A DNA stretch of 64,000 bases from an uncultured Planctomycetaceae bacterium (GTDB taxonomy: Bacteria; Planctomycetota; Planctomycetia; Isosphaerales; Isosphaeraceae): assembly GCA_963833985.1 (NCBI GenBank), contig CAWIAD010000002.1, forward strand, positions 2,272,001-2,336,000. Reading direction: 5' to 3'. The position numbers were made by a program, and so were the translations under genes. A model generated the notes under the pieces. It was not told the DNA's origin and made no database searches. It worked only from the letters and a program-made list of their open reading frames with translations. Shown here piece by piece: positions 23,332-32,242 of this stretch. Every line of letters begins with the position of its first letter. Within the stretch, counting starts at the first letter, position 1.

Positions 23332-24966
23332 CTAAGCAGTTCGCGAGCTCTTCTCAATGTTCGCGCGATCCAGGGGGGCCAGTCGCGGCCTCCCAGGCGG
23401 CAGGGCCACACCCTGGGCCGCCAGCATCCGGGCTCGCGTCAGCACGGCCGCACCATGAAGAATATTCAGCGCGACGACCACCACCCGGCGGTTCTCCGGC
23501 TGCTCGAGGAACGAGCCACGCACCCAATCATTGAAGGCCGCCATCGCTGGACCGCACCAGATCTGGTAGTCCAGGTTCCGCCCCGGCTCGCCCGCATTGG
23601 CCCACCGCGAGGACTGACCCAGGTACCAGCGGAAAATCAGTGCCATCTTGTGTTTCGGATCACGCTCGCCGCGCTCGATCTGGCTCGGATCGCGGTTGGC
23701 GAAGAAGGCGCGGGTCTGTTCCCAGATCACGTCCAGGGGCGCACGGAAGAGCGTTTTTTCAAGCATCGCCCGGTCGGACTCGGGTAGCTGCTCCAGGCGC
23801 TCGTGGCTGCGGTACAGCTCGTACAGCTTCGCGGCCCGCATGGCGAACATGGTTCCACGCTTGAGCACCTGGACCTTCACACCCATCTCGAACATGTCGG
23901 CCGCCGGAGCCATGGCAATATCCGCCTGCTGGGCCCTGGCGAGCATCTGCCGCACGGCGTCCGAGGTGCCGGCCTCGGCGCACGCCTGGTTGACCGAGCC
24001 GGTCACCAGGTACGAGGCGCCCATCGCCAGAGCCGCCGCCGCCGACCACGGCGTCGAGATCCCGCCGGCCGCTCCCACTCGCAACGAGCAATCATAATTG
24101 TATTGTGCTTGCATGCGGTCACGCAGGGCGATCATGGTGGGCATGAGCACGATGGCCGGCTGGTTATCGGTATGGCCGCCGGAGTCGGCCTCGGCGGTCA
24201 GGTCTTCCGCCATCGGGATGCGGGCGGCCCAGCCGGCCTGCTCGGGAGTGATGTCGCCCCGGTGCACCAGCTCCTGGAGCGTGCGCTCCGGCGGAGGCGC
24301 CAGGAACTTGCTGGCGACCTCGACCCGGGATACCTTGGCGATGACCCGGTTGGGCGCCACGACCTGTCCCTGTCCGTTGCGCTGGATGCCGCTCACGCGG
24401 TACCTCACCAGCGGCAGGGTGAGATCGAGGTAGGCCGAAGCTTCGACCAGTCGAATTCCCCGGCGCAGGTAAAGATCGACGATCGCCGCCTCGTGCGCCG
24501 ATTCCTGAGGACTATGGATCAGGTTGAAGCCGAACGGATAGCGGCCGCCCGAGCCGCGGACGACGCGGTCAATGGCGTGGTCGACGGCGGCAACCGAGAG
24601 CCCGGCCGCTCCGAAGATCCCCAGCATCCCGCCCTTACCCATCGCCTCGACGACCTCGACCGAGGCAATTCCGTTGGCCATGGCACCGGCCATGCAGGCC
24701 AGCCTCGTCCCGTGCGCGGCGCGAAACGAGGGATCGCCCAGTTGTTCCAGCGGACAGGCTGGAACAAAGGCGACAAGATGCTCAAGGTCCAGGGCCGACG
24801 CGGCCGCCAGCGGCCCCATCACCAGATCGGCGGCGCCCCCGCGGTTCACGACCAGAAACGGATCGGCCACCGCGCCGATGGCACGGTCGATGGATTGGTA
24901 AAACTCATCGCTCGAGTGCAGCTCCACAGTCGCGCTCCGCCTACAAACGCCGCGACGCACGGACAC
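23332..24966 (-). CDS. pfaD: PfaD-type enoyl reductase (FabK-like, FMN)
   Basis: GAMANGIAS, EADSGGHTDN, APAADMFEMGVKVQVLKRGT and YQIWCGPA motifs. Confidence 0.92.
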   Translation of the reverse strand: MSVRRGVCRRSATVELHSSDEFYQSIDRAIGAVADPFLVVNRGGAADLVMGPLAAASALDLEHLVAFVPACPLEQLGDPSFRAAHGTRLACMAGAMANGIASVEVVEAMGKGGMLGIFGAAGLSVAAVDHAIDRVVRGSGGRYPFGFNLIHSPQESAHEAAIVDLYLRRGIRLVEASAYLDLTLPLVRYRVSGIQRNGQGQVVAPNRVIAKVSRVEVASKFLAPPPERTLQELVHRGDITPEQAGWAARIPMAEDLTAEADSGGHTDNQPAIVLMPTMIALRDRMQAQYNYDCSLRVGAAGGISTPWSAAAALAMGASYLVTGSVNQACAEAGTSDAVRQMLARAQQADIAMAPAADMFEMGVKVQVLKRGTMFAMRAAKLYELYRSHERLEQLPESDRAMLEKTLFRAPLDVIWEQTRAFFANRDPSQIERGERDPKHKMALIFRWYLGQSSRWANAGEPGRNLDYQIWCGPAMAAFNDWVRGSFLEQPENRRVVVVALNILHGAAVLTRARMLAAQGVALPPGRPRLAPLDRANIEKSSRTA

Positions 24967-25282
24967 GCGGCACCGGGGTGTGCACCGGGTGCACTCTTAC
25001 GCACTCCGGGAATGAGCAGATATACCAGCCGCAAGCTTCTCCGGACAGGGGCTTCAGCTTTCATGCGTTGCGAAACCCGTGGCTCGCCGACCCCTTTCTG
25101 GATCCCGGACGTGAGGGGCAAACCCCTTTCTGATAACATCCTCGGGAATTCCTGAGCGCACTGGCCGGACGTGAGATCACGACCTCCAGCCGATGCCGAC
25201 CGCTATAATCTCTGTGCGCCACGAGGCCGCCGGAATTGTGATCGCGCGGCCGGTGTCCGCTTACGAGATCGGGGAGTAATCC

Positions 25283-25693
25283 ATGGATAATGTAATCCCG
25301 ATCCATCACGGCCAACGCCCGCGGGGGCAACTGGCGGACGCCGCACTGACCCCGGAGCAACACGCCGCAATCGAGGCGCGTCGTGCCGACCGACCGACCC
25401 TCGCGTACCAGGAGGAACTGGTCCGTGACATCGAGGCGTATCAACAGGAATATCCGCCAGGTGGCGATCCGGAATTGAGCGCGGCCCTTGACGGCCTCCG
25501 TCGAGTACGCGAACAACAGGGTCTGAGCCTGACCGATATGTCCCGGCGGACGGGTATGGACCGTGCCACGATCAGCAAGCTGGAAACAGGCAGGATTGCG
25601 AATCCGACGGTCGCTACGCTGCGAAACTATGCAAGGGCTCTCGGACGCAAGTTAACGTGGACGCTGGAAGAGGCCGAAGTCGGGAAACCGTGA
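25283..25693 (+). CDS. XRE/HTH_3 transcriptional regulator (antitoxin-like)
   Basis: REQQGLSLTDMSRRTGMDRATISKLETG..NPTVATL HTH. Confidence 0.85.
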   Translation: MDNVIPIHHGQRPRGQLADAALTPEQHAAIEARRADRPTLAYQEELVRDIEAYQQEYPPGGDPELSAALDGLRRVREQQGLSLTDMSRRTGMDRATISKLETGRIANPTVATLRNYARALGRKLTWTLEEAEVGKP

Positions 25694-25785
25694 GACCGCG
25701 CCTTCGCTCATTCCGCCGACCTCGCCCTCGGAAGCCTGGCTTCCACCGCGCCCGGCTGAAGTTCCGAGGGCGGAGGTCATCAATC

Positions 25786-26979
25786 CTACTTCCCGGTCGT
25801 CGTCGCCAGCCTCATCGGTCCAACCTCGAGGTCCGAGCCATTTGGTAATGGCGGGAACTTGGCGTGCGGCTCGGTCTGGTACCAGAAGGCCACCGAGGCC
25901 ACGTCGTCTTCCAGCGGCAGATAGCACCCGCCCGACTGCCAGCCCAGGGCTTGAATGTCCACCTTCAGGTCAGTCTGGAACCGGATCGGGTCGGCAATGT
26001 GCCAGCGATAGAGGCCGAACCGCTGGCCCGGCTTGTAGATGATCTCCGGCGGCAGCACCTGCGCCAGGCCGCTGTAGGGCGTGCTGAAGGTCTGGTAGCG
26101 GTGCGTCTCCTGGTTCTCGAAGTTGTACGAGCCGCAGAAATAATCTTCGGTACCGGTGCCGCAGATGGTCGGAAACTCGCGGTCCCCATCCATGTAAAAC
26201 TTGATCTCGCCTTCGCCCCACCAGCCGGGACTGCGCACCTCCCAGGCCAGGTAGGTGCCCACGTAGTGCCCCTTGCCCTGCACGCCGTCAAGGATCGTGT
26301 ACATCGTCTTCGGCGAGAGCTTGTGCACCCGGCGGAACTGGGCGTGGAAGTAAGCGGCGTCGGCCGGTACCTCGGTGAGCGTGTAGTTCACCTGGTAGTA
26401 CAGCGTCATGTCCTTCGCGTCCAGGTTCTCGAGCGTGATCTTCGCCTTCTTGCGGAAGGGCATGTTCCAGTAGGAATTGAAGGCGCTGCCGGGGTTCACG
26501 CACACTGGCAGGGAATTGATCTGGCAGTACTTGCCCCAGCCGCAGGCAAAGAAGTCGCCCATGGGAACCTCCACGGAGGCGTCAGCCTCGCCGTCCCAGT
26601 AAAAACGGACGATGAACTGGCGCGTCTTGTCGATCGGGGCGGGCGTCATCCAGATTTGCTGGATGGCACCAGGACCGTCGATGTCGGCGATGGTGAATGT
26701 GCTCTTCGCCTTGATGCGCACCGAGGGCGAAACTTTCCAGGTGCGGCCCAGGTCGCGCGCGGCGCTGGCCCCGGTGCCCTCGGTCGCCATGCCGCCCTTG
26801 CCCTTTTCACCGTGGAAGTTTTCCGGGCTGATCGACCGTGATTGCGCGTCGGAGAGCCGCGAAAGATTGCCAAGGTTCACGTTCAGGCCGTCGAACCGGC
26901 CGGTCGCGGTCTGGGCTCTGAGAGTGCATGCACTACCGGTCAAGATGGCAAGGCTTGCGCAGAAAAAACGCCAGCGCAT
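25786..26979 (-). CDS. DUF2961/GH172-family glycoside hydrolase with signal peptide
   Basis: SRSISPEN..GEKGKGGMA, WWGEGEIKFY and GTGTEDYF motifs. Hydrophobic N-terminus MRWRFFCASLAILTG. Confidence 0.88.
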   Translation of the reverse strand: MRWRFFCASLAILTGSACTLRAQTATGRFDGLNVNLGNLSRLSDAQSRSISPENFHGEKGKGGMATEGTGASAARDLGRTWKVSPSVRIKAKSTFTIADIDGPGAIQQIWMTPAPIDKTRQFIVRFYWDGEADASVEVPMGDFFACGWGKYCQINSLPVCVNPGSAFNSYWNMPFRKKAKITLENLDAKDMTLYYQVNYTLTEVPADAAYFHAQFRRVHKLSPKTMYTILDGVQGKGHYVGTYLAWEVRSPGWWGEGEIKFYMDGDREFPTICGTGTEDYFCGSYNFENQETHRYQTFSTPYSGLAQVLPPEIIYKPGQRFGLYRWHIADPIRFQTDLKVDIQALGWQSGGCYLPLEDDVASVAFWYQTEPHAKFPPLPNGSDLEVGPMRLATTTGK

Positions 26980-27262
26980 CGAGTTCTCCCTTCGTGGGCC
27001 AACAAAATACCTTCCGGGCCCCGTGACCTCCGGGGCTCTCATCGTCCGGCAGAATAGACGGTCGGCCGCCTCTTCCGCCAGCGGGTTGAGCATTTGCGTT
27101 GCCACCGGGGGCCTGAGACGGCAAGGCGTGGTCGCAGAGTCATGAACGGGGGTCCGGCTTGTTTCTCGGCAAGGTGGTCAGGACCAAAGCGGCACCGCTC
27201 GAATATGAAGCACATTCCCCGTTGCGCTCGACGCGGCCTGCGATCACGTTCCTGTCCCGGTG

Positions 27263-27686
27263 TCACGTTCCTGGCAGAAGGGTGAGCGGGCGGTTTCGTT
27301 TCAGGCGGATGACTGAAAAATCCCGGCGATCGGTGGTAAACACGGTGCGGATGTTCTCGCGCTCGGCGAGGTATCCGAGGGCGGCGTCGGCAAATTGCAG
27401 CCTGGCGTCCTCATAGCGCCGCATGATGGTGGCGATGGCGGGCAAGTCGTCCGCATCCAGCCGGAAGCAGGGCAAAGAGACCGCCCGCGAACGCGTCGAA
27501 AAGTTGATAGAGGCTCAAGGGCCTGCCGCGGAGCAGCCACGCTGCCTCGGCGATGACTGGCCAGCACGTGAAGAGCGGCGCGCGCAAGGTTTTCAAGGTG
27601 TCGGCGCAGCGCTGGTGGTGGGCGTCGTCTTTCCAGAAGAGAGCAACCAGCGAACCGGTGTCGATCAGCACGCGATGGTCAGTCAC
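27263..27686 (-). CDS. vapC: PIN-domain VapC toxin (frameshift near 27470)
   Basis: VLIDTG, TCWPVIAE, FADAAL and VFTTDRRDF motifs across two frames. Confidence 0.8.
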
Positions 27687-27924
27687 GCCCGAAGCCTTCC
27701 ATGTGCCGGGGGTTGGTGCTCAGGTCGGCGGGCAGCCCCTGGGCCGAACCGAGGATTCCGAGGCGACTGGCAATGTCGTAGGCCGATTCGCCGGGCGTCC
27801 GCCGGCGCATATGCTCCTCCAGCGCCTCGGGGACGACGGCCGAGGGACTGACGCCTTTCTCCCTGGCTTCGATTTCCAGTTCTTTCTTGAGCCGTTCGTC
27901 GACCCTGACGTTGATGCGTTCCAT
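27679..27924 (-). CDS. Ribbon-helix-helix antitoxin
   Basis: MERINVRVDERLK RHH start and DLSTNPRHMEGFG tail. Overlaps the vapC start. Confidence 0.8.
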   Translation of the reverse strand: MERINVRVDERLKKELEIEAREKGVSPSAVVPEALEEHMRRRTPGESAYDIASRLGILGSAQGLPADLSTNPRHMEGFGRD

Positions 27925-28040
27925 ACTTGCCCCCGTTGCTCGTTATCTGTCAGACATCATAATACGCCAGTGAGACAAACACAAGTCTGCGCGGCTGCGC
28001 GAGCCGGTTGCCCTGTTCGTAAGTCCTTTTGAGTTCGCGA

Positions 28041-28204
28041 GTGCGGCCCAGGTCGCGCGCGGCGCTGGCCCCGGTGCCCTCGGTCGCCATGCCGCCCTTG
28101 CCCTTCTCACCGTGGAAGTTTTCCGGGCTGATCGACCGTGATTGGGCGTTCGAAAGCCGCGACAGGTTGCCGAGGTTCATGTTCAGGCCGTCGAACCGGC
28201 CGGT
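28041..28204 (-). repeat. 164-bp direct repeat of the GH172 5' coding region (26741..26904)
   Basis: Visual alignment shows 9 mismatches in 164 nt at an offset of exactly 1300 bp. Confidence 0.9.
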
Positions 28205-28384
28205 GGGGACAGAATCGAAACGGAGACGCGGTGAGCTGGATGAGACTTGCAACCGAAACGGAGGCGCAACGAGCTTGTCACAGCTCGGCATCGGCGCCCC
28301 GATCGAAGTGCGACCCGTTCTGGCACTCAGCGAGAAAACCTTATCCCATCTCAATGAATGCCTGCGTGCATCCAGATAGACGGC

Positions 28385-28413
28385 TCGACAATACCAGACC
28401 GCCGTGATATGCT
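28385..28413 (+). promoter_or_regulatory. Putative sigma70 promoter for the decayed TA module
   Basis: TCGACA-17 nt-TATGCT upstream of ATG 28437. Confidence 0.4.
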
Positions 28414-28436
28414 GAAAACAAATGAAAAACTATATC

Positions 28437-28684
28437 ATGACCATACATTCGCCACCCAGTTCGAGCGGTTCGTCCTTGACCAGGTCGTCGCCGGGCATTA
28501 TCGCTCCGAGGACGACGTCATCCGCGATGCCCTGGAGCAGCTCCGCAGGCACGTTCCGAGCAGCACACCCGGCCCTGGCTCCATTGGAGCGATGCACGCG
28601 GACGCCGACCTGCTGGAACAGGTCACCCAGGACATCATGGAAAGCCGTCGCACGCGGACGCTCAGGCGCGCGCTGGATGAATAA
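28437..28684 (+). pseudogene. ParD/CopG-like RHH antitoxin, frameshifted near the start
   Basis: MTIH../FERFVLDQVVAGHYRSEDDVIRDAL. Overlaps the downstream toxin start. Confidence 0.6.
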
Positions 28685-29097
28685 GGCCCTGCTCAACACG
28701 GATATGGATTCCGAGGTGCTCCGGGCCGTTAACGCCACCCTCACTGCCAGTGCCCGCACCGACCGCCAGGCCTATCGCCGCCTTACCCTTTCCGTCATCA
28801 CCGTCATGGAGATGGTCAAGGGCTTGCAGAAAGTGCAACGGCCTCAAAAGATCGCCCGACCTGCTCACCTATGTCGCCAGCGAGGAGATGCTGGAGTTCG
28901 GCCGGTCCGCCGCCGAGATGGCCGGACGCATACGGGGCGATCTCGAACGAACAGGCCAGCCCATCGGCCTGGCCGATCCGATGATCGCCGCCATCGCCCT
29001 GGTGCACGGCCTGGAACTGGTAACCGGCAACACGGTCCATTAGCAGCGTATCCAGCAGTTCGGATATCCGCGGACGCTCGTGAACTGGCGGGTTTGA
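28677..29097 (+). pseudogene. VapC/PIN toxin pseudogene
   Basis: MNKALLNTD has N in place of the usual first Asp. Also a frameshift near 28857 and an in-frame TAG at 29041. Retains GQPIGLADPMIAAIAL..LVTGN. Confidence 0.75.
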
Positions 29098-29271
29098 TCC
29101 CGGTCAGTACGGAATTCAGAAATACGCCCAACTTGAAGAATTGCGGAAATCTGTAATCACAGAAACATGGAAATCAGTCGGCCCAACTCAGCCAGGCCAA
29201 CCATCTGAACCAGATGCTTTGTCACGGTGAAACCGGCACGGCTCTTCTCCGTTTCCTTTCCGGTTCTGCAT

Positions 29272-30843
29272 CTATTGCAGGCGCCTGATGAGTTTTTGAG
29301 CGGCGACGCGGCCGGATTCCGCGCCACCGTTCATGTAACCCTGCCAGTCCAGGCTCGTGTGCTCGCCGGCGAAGTAGATGCGGTCAACGGTCTGCGGCTC
29401 GGCGCCGCGGATCGACGTCCACTGGCCGGGATAATAGCCGGCGTAGCTTGCGAGGACGAACGGGTTGGAGGGCCAGTAAGCCCGCAGCGCCGTGCCGAGC
29501 CACTGCGCGGTGACGCCGGGAAAGACGTCTTCGAGGCCGGGCAGCAGCCGGTTCGCCTGATCCAGGGCTGAGCCGGGCTGGAGCGCCAGTGCCTGGTCGC
29601 CGCCCGGGTAGATCGTGTACGCGCCGCTGGGGGCAGGCTGCTCGCGGCTGCTGTCCCAGCCGGATTGGTAGGGAAGATCCGCATAGGAGTCGCCATCATA
29701 GCCCAGCGCGCGCCAGACGCGGCTTTGAAAGCCGAGGATGAGCTTGGCGTCAACGCCGTAGCCAAGCTGGTTGATCGCCTTCCGCTTGATGGGCGGCAGC
29801 TCCACATGGATCTCCACCTGGCGGAGGATGGAAAAAGGAATGGCCAGCACGACGAAGTCGGCGGTTGCCGTGGTGGTCGCTCCCGAGCCGTTCTGGAACG
29901 TCAGCACATACGCACCGTCGGAGCGCCGGCCGAGCGCGACGAGCCGCTGGCCGAGCTGAATACGGTCGGGAACCTGGGCGGCCAGGGCGCCGACGATCTG
30001 CTGGTTCCCGCCCAGGACCTTGTAGCGCTGGTCGCTGGTTCCGTAGATCTGGAAACCGTTTGAGGTATCGGTGCCGATCGTCAGGACGAAGTTGAGGCTC
30101 GACTGATCGTCGAGGTTGAGCCCGAACTCGTTGACGTAAGCGGCCTCGAGAATCTCATACAGCCAGTCGGCCGAGAGGTTCTGCATGAGATACGCCGAGA
30201 GCGGCGTGCGATCGAGGTGAACGTCAAAGGGCGTATGATGTTCATAGGTGATCAGGCCGCTCAGGCGCGCGACGTCGTTCTCGACGATCGTGGCCAGATT
30301 CTGAAACGCGGCAACGACCTCGGCGTTGGACCAGAGCTTGCCCTGGGCGTAATAGGCGATCTGGAGGCCGGCCTCGCTGGGGGCCCCGGTGTCGATGAGG
30401 CCAAAGCCGAAGGCGGACGCGAGGCCGAGCATGTCGGCGTGGTCGCTGTCGATGAACTCGCCGCCGAGCTCGGTATAGACCTGCGGGGCGACGCTGCCGT
30501 ACGCAGTCTGGATCCGGCCGCCGATGTGGTCGGAGCCCTCGTAGAGAGTGACGTGGAACCCCGCCTGCGAGAGCAGGTATGTGGCGTTCAAGCCCGCGAT
30601 CCCGGCGCCGACAACGGCGATGCGGGCGCTGCGCTGCCCGGCGCGTGCCGGACTGGCCGTGTACGCCCCCAGCACACCTGCCGCCGTTCCGGCCACAAAC
30701 CGGCGACGGCTGAGTGATCGAGCCTCACCCCGCGGCACGGGCGAATGGAGAGAAGCAGCCGACGCGGCACGATTCGCCCGCCGGGCCTCCCGATAGGCGC
30801 GTTGAAGAGCGGCAAAGAGCGGTGTTCGCCCGGCTCGAAGCAT
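29272..30843 (-). CDS. Flavin monoamine/amino-acid oxidase family protein, probable Tat substrate
   Basis: SRRRFV twin-arginine motif, GAGIAG Rossmann, GGRI, ELGGEFI and FAGEHT..GYMNGG motifs. Confidence 0.85.
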   Translation of the reverse strand: MLRAGRTPLFAALQRAYREARRANRAASAASLHSPVPRGEARSLSRRRFVAGTAAGVLGAYTASPARAGQRSARIAVVGAGIAGLNATYLLSQAGFHVTLYEGSDHIGGRIQTAYGSVAPQVYTELGGEFIDSDHADMLGLASAFGFGLIDTGAPSEAGLQIAYYAQGKLWSNAEVVAAFQNLATIVENDVARLSGLITYEHHTPFDVHLDRTPLSAYLMQNLSADWLYEILEAAYVNEFGLNLDDQSSLNFVLTIGTDTSNGFQIYGTSDQRYKVLGGNQQIVGALAAQVPDRIQLGQRLVALGRRSDGAYVLTFQNGSGATTTATADFVVLAIPFSILRQVEIHVELPPIKRKAINQLGYGVDAKLILGFQSRVWRALGYDGDSYADLPYQSGWDSSREQPAPSGAYTIYPGGDQALALQPGSALDQANRLLPGLEDVFPGVTAQWLGTALRAYWPSNPFVLASYAGYYPGQWTSIRGAEPQTVDRIYFAGEHTSLDWQGYMNGGAESGRVAAQKLIRRLQ

Positions 30844-30977
30844 GGGGAAACTCCGACGAGGTTCAGGGCAACGGGAGCTGTCCGATCGATCGGTCACGCG
30901 CCGACCGGTGAAGTGCGCCTGAGAGGATAAGCGCATGATGTGATGGAAATCCAGCAAATTCGCAGGCGATCGGACGA

Positions 30978-31077
30978 GATCTGACCGAGCCGCCACTCTC
31001 AGGCCGCGGAAAGCCAGGGGTGCCACGGGAGGCGGGATCGTCTCTGCCGGGCTTCAATGGGGCCGCGGCGGTTTAGC
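30978..31077 (+). CRISPR. Degenerate one-spacer CRISPR relic with type I-G (I-U)-like repeats
   Basis: GCTTCAATGGGGCCGCGGCGGTTTAGC at 31051-31077 is the 5' part of a repeat. It is preceded by 37 nt and a degenerate repeat ending GCCGCGGAAAG at 31013. No cas genes in the window. Confidence 0.5.
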
Positions 31078-31081
31078 GTGC

Positions 31082-31260
31082 TCACGCACATCGGCTGCCC
31101 AGATCAGGGTGTGCGCATCGAGCAGCAGCCTCACGGCATGGACACCTGGAAGTCCTCGAGCGGGTCGTCGAAAGGATCCATCGACAGGACCGTCCCCCGG
31201 ACCGTGCCCGATCGCGGGCCTTTCCCCGGCTCCGATGTGATGGCGGGCAGTCCGCGTCGA
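31082..31260 (-). pseudogene. Remnant antitoxin C-terminus plus truncated VapC N-terminus
   Basis: ...GTVRGTVLSMDPFDDPLEDFQVSMP* overlaps (GTGA) with MRLLLDAHTLIWAADV, which then breaks off. Confidence 0.6.
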
Positions 31261-31907
31261 TCGGGCCAGGAAAACGGGACGGCACTGAACAGGACCTGGT
31301 CAGCCTCATCACAGCGTTACGTCGAGTCACCTGGCTGCTATTACATACAGCACCCAGAATGCCGTGTGGTCAATATCAGTTATGTCCCGTTTTCACTCCC
31401 CGAGCTTCTTGCGCAATGTCACTTTACCTTTCGTAGAATAAATGAACTGACACCAATTTCCCCAGACACCAATTTCCCCACGTGACAGAGACAGATGTTG
31501 CACCCGAGGCTGAGGACGATCATACACAGAATTCGTCCCCCGATCCGCCTAGAACTTTCCAGGAACGCATCATTCTTGAGCGGCAACGCAAGGACGACGG
31601 ACTGAACCCGCCTTGAGAACGAGATGCGGAATTCGGGATTCGGGATGAACCTTACCGATTCTCGGAAATCCCCCCTGGTGCTGCCTTGGCACATCTATAT
31701 ACTGACGCCTTATAAGGCTCGCTTGCGCCAGGTACCGCGCATTCGAGTCGAAGACTCTCTGATTAAGCGCGACCCACAGGGTTTTTGTAAACGTGACAAA
31801 GTCGTACCGAGGTGAAACCAGTACCCCCAGTTCCGCACTGGGTCCCGCTTCATTCCCTCATTTCTGTTCTGCTGTGTACGCCCGATCACTGACGGAAGCC
31901 GATAATT

Positions 31908-31968
31908 CGTAAGGTCTTACGGCACAAGAATATCGGGCATTGACAAGTCTCTCACTGCGCGTTAGACA
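31908..31968 (+). promoter_or_regulatory. Putative promoter/operator of the HTH-MTase-nuclease operon
   Basis: Perfect TTGACA at 31940 overlaps a near-palindrome TGACA-N4-TCTCA. An inverted repeat CGTAAG-GT-CTTACG lies at 31908-31921. The -10 is weak. Confidence 0.4.
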
Positions 31969-31987
31969 TGGTTTTGGAGACGAAACG

Positions 31988-32242
31988 ATGCGCTACGAGC
32001 GATCCCTGATAATCGCGAGCCGACACGACCGGCTGATCGAGCTGATCCGCACTGGCGAATTCTCGTCGCCTGACCTGGCCCAGCAGTTGAAGGTCTCGGA
32101 GCAGACGATCTACCGGGACATCGACTTCCTCAAGCAACGCGGCTATTCCATCCGATCCGAAAAGCACACAGACGGTTGGGCTTATCACCTTCTTGCAGAA
32201 CCCGCAACGGTTTCAAACGGGAAGGGATCATCGCGCCAATGA
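31988..32242 (+). CDS. Stand-alone winged HTH (HTH_11-like) regulator, 84 aa
   Basis: LAQQLKVSEQTIYRDIDFLKQRGYSI motif. ATGA overlap with the next gene. Confidence 0.85.
   Translation: MRYERSLIIASRHDRLIELIRTGEFSSPDLAQQLKVSEQTIYRDIDFLKQRGYSIRSEKHTDGWAYHLLAEPATVSNGKGSSRQ

Noticed and set aside
24980..24994. GTGCACC-G-GGTGCAC palindrome upstream of pfaD
   Set aside because: Too short and GC-rich to call an operator without conservation data.
29098..29270. Possible integron attC site or gene fragment
   Set aside because: No convincing paired R''/R' boxes, and no integron integrase in the window.
31340..31900. Small ORFs in the low-GC stretch upstream of the HTH gene
   Set aside because: No recognisable family or convincing start signals.
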